A DNA stretch of 64,000 bases from Elusimicrobiota bacterium (lineage in GTDB: Bacteria > Elusimicrobiota > Elusimicrobia > F11), in assembly GCA_044221725.1 (NCBI GenBank), contig JBGAON010000004.1:160001-224000 (forward strand), given 5' to 3'. Position 1 is the stretch's first letter. The number at the start of each line of letters is the position of its first letter. Below the pieces are notes generated by a model, which was given only the letters and a program-made list of their open reading frames with translations, did not search any database and was not told the origin of the DNA. The position numbers and the translations under genes were made by a program. Of the stretch, positions 9,949 through 17,850 are shown piece after piece.

Positions 9949-10278
9949 TGTCATTCGTGCTAAAAAGTTTCGGTGGCGCTTATGTTCCCGTTGTCTTATT
10001 CATGGCGAAGGCGCTCAAGTTAACGAAGGGAACGCTCAAATATCATTTCACTGACAAGGTGGGCGGAGGAAAACACAAACGCGGTTTCTGCGCCGACGGC
10101 GGTTCCCGCATCACCGGCGCGGAAGGCGAACAACCAGGACGGTTCGTCGCCGTCGCCGCGTCGAGCCTTGATGACCCATAATCTTCGAACCCCGCACGAC
10201 ATTTTTGTTTCCCACGCGGAACCGTGGGACTTCATGAATCCCAAACTGCCGAAGCATAACGAATTCCCGCCAAAATAG
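9949..10278 (+). pseudogene. Frameshifted GFA (CENP-V/Gfa) family gene remnant
   Basis: Fragments CHSC*K / GGAY...KRGFCADGGS...ASSLDDP* / HDIFVSHAEPWDFMNPKLPKHNEFPPK* in different frames; an intact paralog is at 41006-41425. Confidence 0.7.
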
Positions 10279-10416
10279 TTTTTGTCCACGCGCGACCACG
10301 CATTCATGTCGCATATCATTGCTGCATTCCCTTCCGATTTCACCGCGTTTCCGTCGCATATCATTTCCTCGAAAATCGAATCAGCAGCATTCTCAAGACT
10401 TTTCACAAATTTGTCA

Positions 10417-10483
10417 TTGAATATTTAGCGCACTACCACCATTCTAGCTTCATGCCAAAATTGACGTATAAGATATGTTAGGC
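10417..10483 (+). promoter_or_regulatory. Putative array promoter (TTGAAT-N17-CATTCT, 10417-10445) and attI-like head site ending in GTTAGGC (10477-10483)
   Basis: GTTAGGCGTCT at 10477 is the exact reverse complement of AGACGCCTAAC (11141-11151); no attC hairpin seen upstream. Confidence 0.5.
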
Positions 10484-10488
10484 GTCTG

Positions 10489-11136
10489 GTGATGGAGCGA
10501 AAAATGGTCAAAGTCGTTCGAGTCGCGATCGTAGGCTTTTTTTCTTTATCGGCATCGGTGATCTTTTGTTACGAGTTTCGTCCGCCGCAAGGAAAGCATG
10601 TCCAGGCGCCGATCGCCCACCCTATCGAAAGTCTTGAGCCGAAGAATCTGGAACCTGAGTCAGGGATTCGAAAAATTAATTTCGAGCAGTTTCTCATCGA
10701 CTCCGAAGGGTTGCAGGGGTTACCGGCAAAGTTTGGTGAAGATCCGGATAAAGTCTCTCCAATCAAAGGACTCAATGTCGAATATGCGGATCTAACCGGG
10801 GACGGAGAGGAAGAAGCAGTCGTTGAGGCGACCACTATTGCAATGGGAAATGGCGGGGCGGACATCGTCAGAATTTTCACCTTGGACAAGAAGAATGTTC
10901 CTGCCGAGCTAAAAGTCGACAACTCTGGGTTTAAGGGGAATCTATTTGAAGGCCAACATCACTCCACCCCTCGCCTCGGAATTAAGAATGGAAAGTTGAC
11001 ATGTTGGTATCCGATGTATGGGGTGAACGAAAAGAAACCCAAAGCCGGTTGGACCCGAAATATAATCTACAGATGGAGCGGCAGTCAATTTGTAATAGAT
11101 CAGGTCAATGATGTTCCACCATCAGAAAACAAATAA
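10489..11136 (+). CDS. Cassette 1: exported hypothetical protein with DxxGDGxEE (FG-GAP/EF-hand-like) motif
   Basis: N-terminal hydrophobic stretch; YADLTGDGEEEAVV; ends 8 nt before attC. Confidence 0.75.
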   Translation: MMERKMVKVVRVAIVGFFSLSASVIFCYEFRPPQGKHVQAPIAHPIESLEPKNLEPESGIRKINFEQFLIDSEGLQGLPAKFGEDPDKVSPIKGLNVEYADLTGDGEEEAVVEATTIAMGNGGADIVRIFTLDKKNVPAELKVDNSGFKGNLFEGQHHSTPRLGIKNGKLTCWYPMYGVNEKKPKAGWTRNIIYRWSGSQFVIDQVNDVPPSENK

Positions 11137-11144
11137 GCGAAGAC

Positions 11145-11211
11145 GCCTAACCAGCGGCTGCACCCGACTCGCCCCGCCAGCGGGCTCGCGGGTGAGCCTT
11201 ATACGTTAGCC
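11145..11211 (+). repeat. attC site (family A)
   Basis: GCCTAAC cagcggctgcacccgactcgccccgccagcgggctcgcgggtgagccttatac GTTAGCC. Confidence 0.9.
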
Positions 11212-11736
11212 GCCTTTGGGTTGCTCCAGCGCACCAGAGGCAAAACCAATTGGTTTTTTTCTTTTTGAAAAAGGAACCACGAGTTTTCTGATTGCTTTGA
11301 ATACGAGCTTGAACTGTTTATCGAACTTGGCCTCAAGCTCGTCGATACGTTGAACAAGGCGTTCGTTTGAAAAGATGACTTCGCGGAGTCGCACAAACGC
11401 CCGCACAATTGAAATGTTAACGGCGACTGCCCGTGGACTGTGAAGAACGCTAGCAAGCATGGCCACTCCTTGTTCGGTAAAGGCGTAGGGCAAATGACCG
11501 CCAAGGCTTTGACGGGAAGGTATCACAGAATGTGATACCAGAAAATCCACTTCTTTATCGGTTAGCTGAAACATGAAGTCGGTGGGAAAGCGTACTTGAT
11601 TTCGTTTCACTTGCTGCCTAAGCGCAATGGGTTTCACTTGGTACAACTTGGCAAGATCACGGTCCAACATAACGGGAACACCACGAATGACAAGAATGCA
11701 TTGCTGCACGTTTTCTAATGGAATTATCGAGTGCAC
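11206..11736 (-). CDS. Cassette 2: ORF6N (KilA-N-related) DNA-binding domain protein
   Basis: IRGVPVMLDRDLAKLYQV...VKRN..RFPTDFMFQLT...PYAFTEQGVAMLASVLHS, C-terminal coiled coil and PIGF. Confidence 0.9.
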   Translation of the reverse strand: MHSIIPLENVQQCILVIRGVPVMLDRDLAKLYQVKPIALRQQVKRNQVRFPTDFMFQLTDKEVDFLVSHSVIPSRQSLGGHLPYAFTEQGVAMLASVLHSPRAVAVNISIVRAFVRLREVIFSNERLVQRIDELEAKFDKQFKLVFKAIRKLVVPFSKRKKPIGFASGALEQPKGG

Positions 11737-11806
11737 GGCACTATCCTTAGCTTTTGCGGAGGGAAGCAGATTTGAGGGGCTCAGATCCTACAAAATCATG
11801 GCAGGC

Positions 11807-11820
11807 GGCTAACAAATCGT
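11807..11820 (+). repeat. Left half of an attC site (family B) interrupted by an IS
   Basis: GGCTAACaaatcgt matches the start of attC 14534; AGGCGGCTAAC complements GTTAGCCGCCT at 11205. Confidence 0.8.
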
Positions 11821-12185
11821 CAGACCGGGGAAAAAGTCCAATTGAAATGAAGCCGCAGTCATCCCGAATGGGAGCGATCGGAATTTTTCTCGAACTTACC
11901 GCTAACTTACTGCCGCTACCAGTCTCTGAACTCCCAGAATGTTAATCGCTCGCCTCAAGTTGTAACTGAAAACAGACAACGCCATCTCTCCACGCACGTT
12001 TGGCAGTCCTCTCATTAAGAAGTAACCGTGATCCCACCAGCGTTTGAGCGTCCCGAACGGATGTTCGACAATTTCTCGACGGCGCTTCATGATGTCCGGC
12101 CATGCTTTCACTCTCTCGCGCATGCGATCAAGAACATCTTCGTGAATCCAACGAGTAATGCGCCGTTGGTCCCCGCGTGTACATT
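11821..12185 (-). mobile_element. IS1182-family remnant (3' end of transposase 11902-12185 plus terminal sequence)
   Basis: CTRGDQRRITRWIHEDVLDRM...RREIVEHPFGTLK...EMALSVFSYNLRRAINILG; cut off by IS3. Confidence 0.8.
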
Positions 12186-12259
12186 TGACCTTCCCCCTGA
12201 AAACTGTCGCGATTGCAGCTTGAGTCTCCGGGTGCTAGAAAGCACGAAAGGAGATGAAC

Positions 12260-12526
12260 ATGACGAGGAAGCGATACACCGAAGAGCAGATCATTGCGGT
12301 GCTGAAGGAAGGCCAGGCGGGAGTTAAACCGGCAGAACTGTGCCGGAAGCACGGGATGAGCGAGCAAACCTATTACGCCTGGAAATCAAAGTACGGCGGC
12401 CTGGAAGTGAGCGATTTGAGGCGGCTGAAAGCGTTGGAAGACGAAAACCGAAAGCTGAAACATCTCGTGGCGGACCTGACGCTGGACGTCCGCGCGTTAA
12501 AGGCGATTAACGAAAAAAACTGGTAA
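12260..12526 (+). CDS. IS3 transposase OrfA (HTH)
   Basis: RYTEEQII...ELCRKHGMSEQTYYAWKSKYGGLEVS. Confidence 0.92.
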   Translation: MTRKRYTEEQIIAVLKEGQAGVKPAELCRKHGMSEQTYYAWKSKYGGLEVSDLRRLKALEDENRKLKHLVADLTLDVRALKAINEKNW

Positions 12527-12549
12527 AGCCCAAGGCGAAGAGAAAGGCG

Positions 12550-13365
12550 GTGGAGTTCGCCGCTGAGAGCTTTGGGCTGAGCTTAAGACGAGCTTGTCGG
12601 CTGGTGGACATGTGGTTGTCATCGTATCGATATTTACCTAGGCCGACGAACGATGAGACGCTTCGCAACCGAATGAAAGAGCTGGCGGAACAACGGCGGC
12701 GTTTTGGGTGTCCGCGATTACACGTGATGCTCAAGCGCGAGAATCTGGTGGTCAATCACAAACGGACGGAGCGGATTTATCGAGAGGAGAAGCTGTCGCT
12801 TCGTCTGAAGAAACGGAAGCGGCGGCCCGCGGCAGCGCGGATTGAACTGCCGAAACCGGAGCGGCCGAACCAGCGGTGGTCGATGGACTTCGTGCACGAC
12901 GCGTTGTGGTCGGGACGAAAGTTTCGAGCATTAACGATTGTGGATGATTGCTCGCGGGAATGTCCGGCGATTGAAGTGGACACATCGATCGGTGGTAAGC
13001 GTGTTTGTCGTGTTCTGGACCGGTTGGCTGAGATGCGCGGTTTACCGGAAGTGATCACGATGGACAACGGGCCGGAATTCATCGGCAAAGCGTTGGATCA
13101 ATGGGCATATGAGAAAGGCGTGAAGCTGCACTTCATTCAGCCTGGCAAGCCCACACAGAATGCTTACGTGGAAAGCTTCAACGGGAAGTTTCGGGACGAA
13201 TGCTTAAACGACAACTGGTTCACGACAATGCAGCAGGCGAAAAGTATCATTGAAACATGGCGGCGAGATTACAACGAAGCACGGCCTCACAGCTCGTTGG
13301 GCGATCTTTCACCCAGCGAATTCTTGAAGAAAATCGAAGTTAAAAATACGGAAAGACTCCAGTAG
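12550..13365 (+). CDS. IS3 transposase OrfB (rve/DDE), joined to OrfA by -1 frameshift
   Basis: WSMDF, DNGPEF, QNAYVESFNGKFRDECLN. Confidence 0.92.
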   Translation: MEFAAESFGLSLRRACRLVDMWLSSYRYLPRPTNDETLRNRMKELAEQRRRFGCPRLHVMLKRENLVVNHKRTERIYREEKLSLRLKKRKRRPAAARIELPKPERPNQRWSMDFVHDALWSGRKFRALTIVDDCSRECPAIEVDTSIGGKRVCRVLDRLAEMRGLPEVITMDNGPEFIGKALDQWAYEKGVKLHFIQPGKPTQNAYVESFNGKFRDECLNDNWFTTMQQAKSIIETWRRDYNEARPHSSLGDLSPSEFLKKIEVKNTERLQ

Positions 13366-13518
13366 GCTTTGTGACAGAAGACGGGGGAAGGTCAGCGAGT
13401 CTTTTTTTTCTGGCCTGATTTTCTCGAGCTTTCCTTCTATCCTTCCTTTATACGACCGCCTCTTCGGCGGTCATTATGCCTAGGCATCTTATCACTCGAA
13501 ACATTTGGAGGGTAAAAA

Positions 13519-13914
13519 TTGAGAAGAAACGCCATTTTTCTTTACGTGTCTGTATGTTGCCTTCCTTTCTCTGTATCGGCCGCCGAGAAAAAAATCACCA
13601 CTCAATATGAAATGACCCAGAACTCTTGCCGCGAATTCAAAGAAGTAGATCTGGAACTGACTCAAGTTTATAACCAGGTTATTGAAAATAATAAAACGCA
13701 AGAAGTCTTCATCCGGAATTTAAAAAAGGCCGAAAACTCGTGGATCAAATACCGCGATTCTCATCTATCCTCAGTTTATTCCGACCCCGCAGAGAACTAC
13801 GGTTCTGTTCACCCCATGTGTGTTTGCCTGCTTAAAACAGAAATGACGAAATCCCGCATTTCAGAACTCAAGAGATTTCTAGAAGTTACTGAAGGGGATG
13901 TTTGTGGTTATTGA
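13519..13914 (+). CDS. Cassette: lysozyme inhibitor LprI (DUF1311) family protein
   Basis: Signal peptide; TQYEM..C...DLELTQVY...LKKAENSWIKYRD...C...T..RISEL. Confidence 0.8.
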   Translation: MRRNAIFLYVSVCCLPFSVSAAEKKITTQYEMTQNSCREFKEVDLELTQVYNQVIENNKTQEVFIRNLKKAENSWIKYRDSHLSSVYSDPAENYGSVHPMCVCLLKTEMTKSRISELKRFLEVTEGDVCGY

Positions 13915-13922
13915 CCGTGGAG

Positions 13923-13991
13923 GCTGAACTAGCGGCTGCAGCCGACTCACCCCGCTAGCGCGGGGTTCGCGGCTGAGCTTCTACGTTATGC
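13923..13991 (+). repeat. attC site (family A, slightly degenerate R'')
   Basis: GCTGAAC tagcggctgcagccgactcaccccgctagcgcggggttcgcggctgagcttctac GTTATGC. Confidence 0.85.
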
Positions 13992-14234
13992 CGCAAAGCG
14001 ATGAAGTAATTCTGAAACAAGTGATTGATACGGAACGTGTAATTTTTTGGCTTTATCTTGAATACTTTTTAGGTCATGGCGGTTAATACGAATGCTTAAC
14101 ACGGCATCCTTCTTTCGTCGTTCTATGGCACTAGCGATTTCTGATAGCTCGACTTTGGAGACGGGTTTAAACTCACCTCGAACCAAGGCATTCTCAAGCG
14201 CTCTTTCGTCCTTCCCTAATTTCATTCTTCTCAT
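13986..14234 (-). CDS. Antitoxin with C-terminal RHH/CopG-like domain
   Basis: KDAVLSIRINRHDL...VPYQSLVSELLH; overlaps toxin stop. Confidence 0.8.
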   Translation of the reverse strand: MRRMKLGKDERALENALVRGEFKPVSKVELSEIASAIERRKKDAVLSIRINRHDLKSIQDKAKKLHVPYQSLVSELLHRFAA

Positions 14235-14491
14235 TAGATTTCACCTTTCTTCCACATCCGCGTATATTTTCGGCTGGGAAATATTGTTTTCAGAAATAAT
14301 TCACCTTCTGCTTCGACGTAAGGAACAACCCAAATATAGGCGCCGTATTCGAATAGAAGTAATTTCTGATTTGGTCGTTGGGGATGCTGGAGCGCTGTAA
14401 TGAGCCGAGCGCGAATAATCTCTTCGAAGGAAACGCCGCGCTCCGATTTAAGCTTTTCGCTCTTCTCCAGATCCCAACGGACGTGTTTCAT
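14234..14491 (-). CDS. BrnT-like type II toxin
   Basis: WDLEKSEKLKSERGVSFEEI...VPYVE...FLKTIFPSRK. Confidence 0.82.
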   Translation of the reverse strand: MKHVRWDLEKSEKLKSERGVSFEEIIRARLITALQHPQRPNQKLLLFEYGAYIWVVPYVEAEGELFLKTIFPSRKYTRMWKKGEI

Positions 14492-14497
14492 TCATAA

Positions 14498-14526
14498 AGC
14501 GTATTACAAATGTACATACGCAGCAA
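14498..14526 (-). promoter_or_regulatory. TA cassette promoter TTGCTG-N17-TACGCT with overlapping palindromic operator (14499-14521)
   Basis: GCGTAT-TACA-AA-TGTA-C-ATACGC imperfect palindrome spanning the spacer and -10. Confidence 0.6.
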
Positions 14527-14533
14527 TGTTGCG

Positions 14534-14594
14534 GCATAACAAATCGTTGCAGCGGCCGCCACACAGCGGCGCCGCTGAACTTTAGACGTTAGGC
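14534..14594 (+). repeat. attC site (family B)
   Basis: GCATAAC aaatcgttgcagcggccgccacacagcggcgccgctgaactttagac GTTAGGC; GCGGCATAAC complements GTTATGCCGC at 13985. Confidence 0.92.
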
Positions 14595-15122
14595 ACATTT
14601 GAATCCTATCTGTCTTGGCCGCTTAGGAGGTAAAGCCATTAAACTTCGGATTGCTTCAAAGATCTCTCGCATCTGCAAGTCGTGGTTTTCAACTTTCTTC
14701 TCTAGTTGGTCAATTTTCTTGGCGAGCTCCTTATGGGACGCAATTAATTCTCGAAGGCGAACAAATGCCCGCATGATTTCCACGTTTACTTTTATGGCGC
14801 GCTGGCTGTTCAATACCCCGGATAACATAGCCACTCCTTCCTGTGTAAAAACCTTAGGTAAATACTTCGCGTGTTGCCCACGCTTTAAGGTTCCAAATTG
14901 GAACCTTAAAGAACGGTATTCGTCCTTCGTTAACTCAAACATAAAGTCGGATGGGAATCTGCGAGCGTTGCGCTTTACAGCCTTATTTAGGTTCTTCGTT
15001 GCTACGCCATACAGCATGGCAAGGTCCGCATCCACCATTACTCTGTGACCTCGCACAAAAATAATAAGGGTGGCGAGTCTGTCGAATGTAGCCGGCACAG
15101 GAGTTAATTGATGAAAAAGCAA
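14589..15122 (-). CDS. Second ORF6N-domain protein; native 5' end probably lost at a cassette fusion near 15088
   Basis: VRGHRVMVDADLAMLYGV...VKRNARRFPSDFMFELT...FTQEGVAMLSGVLNS...QIGF; the N-terminal ~12 codons overlap the leader and start of the next cassette. Confidence 0.75.
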   Translation of the reverse strand: MLFHQLTPVPATFDRLATLIIFVRGHRVMVDADLAMLYGVATKNLNKAVKRNARRFPSDFMFELTKDEYRSLRFQFGTLKRGQHAKYLPKVFTQEGVAMLSGVLNSQRAIKVNVEIMRAFVRLRELIASHKELAKKIDQLEKKVENHDLQMREIFEAIRSLMALPPKRPRQIGFKCA

Positions 15123-15404
15123 TTTGCAATGATCTTCACTATGGTCGTGGCGCTCGTGGGCTGCGGAAACAGAGACTTGAGGGGCACATTTAAAAAATCC
15201 TCGGACGGAAAAACATATTTAGCGATTGTTGACGACAATGGCGGTCAGTGTGGGCCGTTAAAAGTAGATGGAAAAATTTGGCCCTATAAACCAGATGAAT
15301 CGGGTCCCATTGCCGCTGGTAAGCACACGGTCGAGTGCGGCACGACCATTGACATCATCGTTCCCGATGGGGTTGTCTATAAGTTCGATTATTGGGGGCC
15401 ATAA
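15111..15404 (+). CDS. Cassette: small hypothetical lipoprotein
   Basis: LVGC lipobox; CAGGAG SD; ends 6 nt before attC. Confidence 0.8.
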   Translation: MKKQFAMIFTMVVALVGCGNRDLRGTFKKSSDGKTYLAIVDDNGGQCGPLKVDGKIWPYKPDESGPIAAGKHTVECGTTIDIIVPDGVVYKFDYWGP

Positions 15405-15410
15405 TACGCC

Positions 15411-15471
15411 AGCTAACAAATCATCGCAGCGGATGCCACAAAGCGGTGCCGCTGAACTGTATAAGTTAGGC
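15411..15471 (+). repeat. attC site (family B)
   Basis: AGCTAAC aaatcatcgcagcggatgccacaaagcggtgccgctgaactgtataa GTTAGGC. Confidence 0.9.
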
Positions 15472-15485
15472 GTTTTGGAGGAAAC

Positions 15486-15869
15486 GTGACTGAAAAAGAA
15501 ATAGAAAATACACGCCAAAAGAAAGCGAGATATGTTTGGGCTTTTTTTGCTTCCCTTCTCCTACGCGTATGTCAAGAAATCAATAACCTCGTTTTCAACG
15601 ATTCGAAGACGGGCCAAGCTGTTATCAGCACGATTGGCATCCTTGTGGCCCTATTCACGTTTGTGGCTACGTGGCAGTTCTGTCGAGCACTTAAAGTAAA
15701 TAAGTTTGGTTCTTTTTTGAACGCGATGTTCTCTCCGTTCATATTCGTTCTTCAGGCAATTTTTCTTTTGCAGTTTTATGTCAAACGCACAGGTATCAAA
15801 CTCACATTTTTACTGGCCGACAAAATTGAGAACGCCCAACCGGCGGCTGCATCCGACTCGCCGCGCTAG
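15486..15869 (+). CDS. Cassette: small membrane protein (about 3 TM), reading into its attC
   Basis: GGAGG SD, hydrophobic segments. Confidence 0.7.
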   Translation: MTEKEIENTRQKKARYVWAFFASLLLRVCQEINNLVFNDSKTGQAVISTIGILVALFTFVATWQFCRALKVNKFGSFLNAMFSPFIFVLQAIFLLQFYVKRTGIKLTFLLADKIENAQPAAASDSPR

Positions 15870-15901
15870 CGCGGCGCTCGCGGGTGAACTTGAAGTGATT
15901 G
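15834..15901 (+). repeat. Last attC site (family A) with non-canonical R' (GTGATTG)
   Basis: GCCCAAC cggcggctgcatccgactcgccgcgctagcgcggcgctcgcgggtgaacttgaa G; AACGCCCAAC nearly complements GTTAGGCGTT at 15465. Confidence 0.8.
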
Positions 15902-15997
15902 GCTTCACCTGCCTGTTCCGACAATTAATTTAAAAATCCGCTGATCTTAAACGCATTCCACTCTAAACTCCCTTAGAAGGTTTCTTTAGGAGGGAGT

Positions 15998-16819
15998 ATG
16001 AAAGACGCCGTCGCGCATCAAACCGACCGATCCGGATCACCGGTTCTGTATTTGGTCCTGCTGACAATTGGTGTTGTTTTAATTTTTATGGGGGTGGCTT
16101 CTCTTGGCGGCTCTATGTTGGCCGACCATCTGTCTGGGAAAAAGCTTCCGAACGGAATGGATTGTTTCGTTGTGCCGATCGTGTTTGGTCTTTTGCCGAG
16201 CATTCTTATTGCGCGGTCGCTAACACATCTGCATTCGCGTATTCGGTTTCACGGATTGGCCGTTGTTGCCGTTACATTTTTGTTTTTTATTGGGAGTCTC
16301 GCGTCAACCGCAATGGTGACTTACAACTATTTTGTGCAGGCCGAGATGGCCATCGACCAAGCGTTGACCAATGTGGAGAACGCGTATCAGAAACGTTTCA
16401 ACGTGATTAAAAATTTAAACGCTGCATCAAAACGGTACCAGGAACATGAACGGAGCACGATCAAAGACATCGTTGACGCACGGAAAGCCGCGGTCGATGC
16501 GAAAGTTTCTGCGGATAAGATCCAAGCGCTCGATAAATTCGATGCCACGGTAAAGAGCTTGTTTGTGAATATTGAAGCGTACCCGAATTTAAAAGCCGAT
16601 CAGTTGGTGCTTGAGCTCATGAAGAACATTACCTCTACCGAAAATGACCTCTTGAAGGAAAAAACGGAATACAACAACCGTGTTATCGAATTCAACAAGA
16701 GCATTCGTCTCCTTCCTTACATGCTTGTCGCGCGACTCAGCGGTTTTCAGCAAAAAACTTTGATCCACAGAGAAAACGACACCGATATTTACAACGCGCG
16801 CAGTTTGTTAAAAGATTAA
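15998..16819 (+). CDS. LemA family protein with extra N-terminal TM helices
   Basis: NVENAYQKRFNVIKNL, EAYPNLKAD, YN..V..FN..I. Confidence 0.82.
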   Translation: MKDAVAHQTDRSGSPVLYLVLLTIGVVLIFMGVASLGGSMLADHLSGKKLPNGMDCFVVPIVFGLLPSILIARSLTHLHSRIRFHGLAVVAVTFLFFIGSLASTAMVTYNYFVQAEMAIDQALTNVENAYQKRFNVIKNLNAASKRYQEHERSTIKDIVDARKAAVDAKVSADKIQALDKFDATVKSLFVNIEAYPNLKADQLVLELMKNITSTENDLLKEKTEYNNRVIEFNKSIRLLPYMLVARLSGFQQKTLIHRENDTDIYNARSLLKD

Positions 16820-16828
16820 TTGGTGATT

Positions 16829-17323
16829 TCACTTGTTTGAGACAAGTCCTGGATCGGAAAGGAAAGAAACCTTAAGAATTTTTGTTCGAACGGTCGCTTC
16901 CGGGCCGTCCCACGTCACCGTGTCGCCCGGCTTCGCGCCGAGCATTGCGATTACGATTGGTGCGGACCATGCGAGGGAATTTTTTCCAGTGCGCGCTTCG
17001 TCTTCGCCGACAATTTGAAACGTTTGTTGTTCGCCGGTTTCGGTTTCGATTGTGACTGTTGCCCCAAATCGAATTTCGTCGCCCGATCCGAGCGGCACAA
17101 CCGTGGCGCTGTTAATTCGTGCTTCAAGATAGCGCAAATCACGGTCGATAAGTTTTGCATCGCCGCCAGCCTTTTGAATTTTCGCTTTGTCCGCAGCGAG
17201 TTTGTGCACGTCGGCTTTTAACAGATCGAGCCCGCGCTGCGTAACATAATTCGGCCCCGCCGGCACCGGCCGTTCGAGAATGTCGTCCCCAGCATCATCT
17301 TCCTTCGTAAACGCGCGACTCAT
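16829..17323 (-). CDS. GreA/GreB family elongation-factor-like protein
   Basis: MSRAFTKEDD, NYVTQRGL, IRFGATVT, FQIVGEDEA. Confidence 0.85.
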   Translation of the reverse strand: MSRAFTKEDDAGDDILERPVPAGPNYVTQRGLDLLKADVHKLAADKAKIQKAGGDAKLIDRDLRYLEARINSATVVPLGSGDEIRFGATVTIETETGEQQTFQIVGEDEARTGKNSLAWSAPIVIAMLGAKPGDTVTWDGPEATVRTKILKVSFLSDPGLVSNK

Positions 17324-17430
17324 TTCATTCTTTGTATTACTAGGAACTGAACCCTTTTTGGGTCTTTTGTTTTTTCGATCATTTCTGGAATGGCAACGTA
17401 TTCTTTTTCGTAATGCCGCCGGCCGGCAGT

Positions 17431-17850
17431 TTAAGAATTGCTGGGGTTGGAAAGAAGAACGTACGTGGTGAGTTCGTTGGCCGAAATGACCAATTGGCCA
17501 TCTTTTAAAGACATTGAAACCGGCTGCCACGTGCCGTTGATGAATGCGTAGGCGATCGGATGTTCAATCGTGTTGTCGCAGGAAAACCGAATTGTGATCG
17601 GAGCTGTTGGCGTGAGATCATTTTCGGCTGCGCTTAGCTTAACTACCGAGAGGCAACTCGTGACCGGCGTGCCCACGGGCGGAACATTGTAGATGCGCGA
17701 TTGCGCGGGTTCGGGGAGCCACTCTTGTCCCAAAAGAATATTGAGGCGGGTGCCAGCCGGCAGTGCTCCGTCGGGCACGATCACGGAGGGATCGGCCTGA
17801 ACCACCGTCGGAGAAGATAAAAGTAACGCGCCCAATATTGTTCTACGCAT
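17431..17850 (-). CDS. Hypothetical exported protein
   Basis: Signal peptide (VVQA); ECF-like GGAC-N17-CGTA promoter at 17885-17861. Confidence 0.55.
   Translation of the reverse strand: MRRTILGALLLSSPTVVQADPSVIVPDGALPAGTRLNILLGQEWLPEPAQSRIYNVPPVGTPVTSCLSVVKLSAAENDLTPTAPITIRFSCDNTIEHPIAYAFINGTWQPVSMSLKDGQLVISANELTTYVLLSNPSNS

Larger units (their letters stand above)
12186..13394 (+). mobile_element. IS3-family element (IS407-group-like), apparently intact
   Basis: Terminal IRs TGACCTTCCCCC.../...GGGGGAAGGTCA; orfA/orfB with A7 slippery site at 12513-12519; no target duplication (ACATT vs GCGAG). Confidence 0.93.
10477..15901 (+). mobile_element. Integron gene-cassette array without integrase (CALIN)
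   Basis: Six RYYYAAC...GTTRRRY palindromic attC sites (one interrupted, two degenerate) separating short, lower-GC ORFs; most cassette ends complement cassette starts. Confidence 0.9.

Noticed and set aside
10020..10406. 128-aa minus-strand ORF as the integron integrase
   Set aside because: No tyrosine recombinase motifs, too short, and largely antisense to the GFA pseudogene.
13437..13470. Hairpin GACCGCC-tcttc-GGCGGTC and ATGCCTAGGCAT palindrome as another attC
   Set aside because: No RYYYAAC or GTTRRRY boxes, and it does not complement the end of the LprI cassette.
11145..15901. Recurring palindromic repeats as a CRISPR array or REP elements
   Set aside because: Separated by whole genes, divergent in sequence, bounded by RYYYAAC/GTTRRRY boxes, and no cas genes present; they fit attC.
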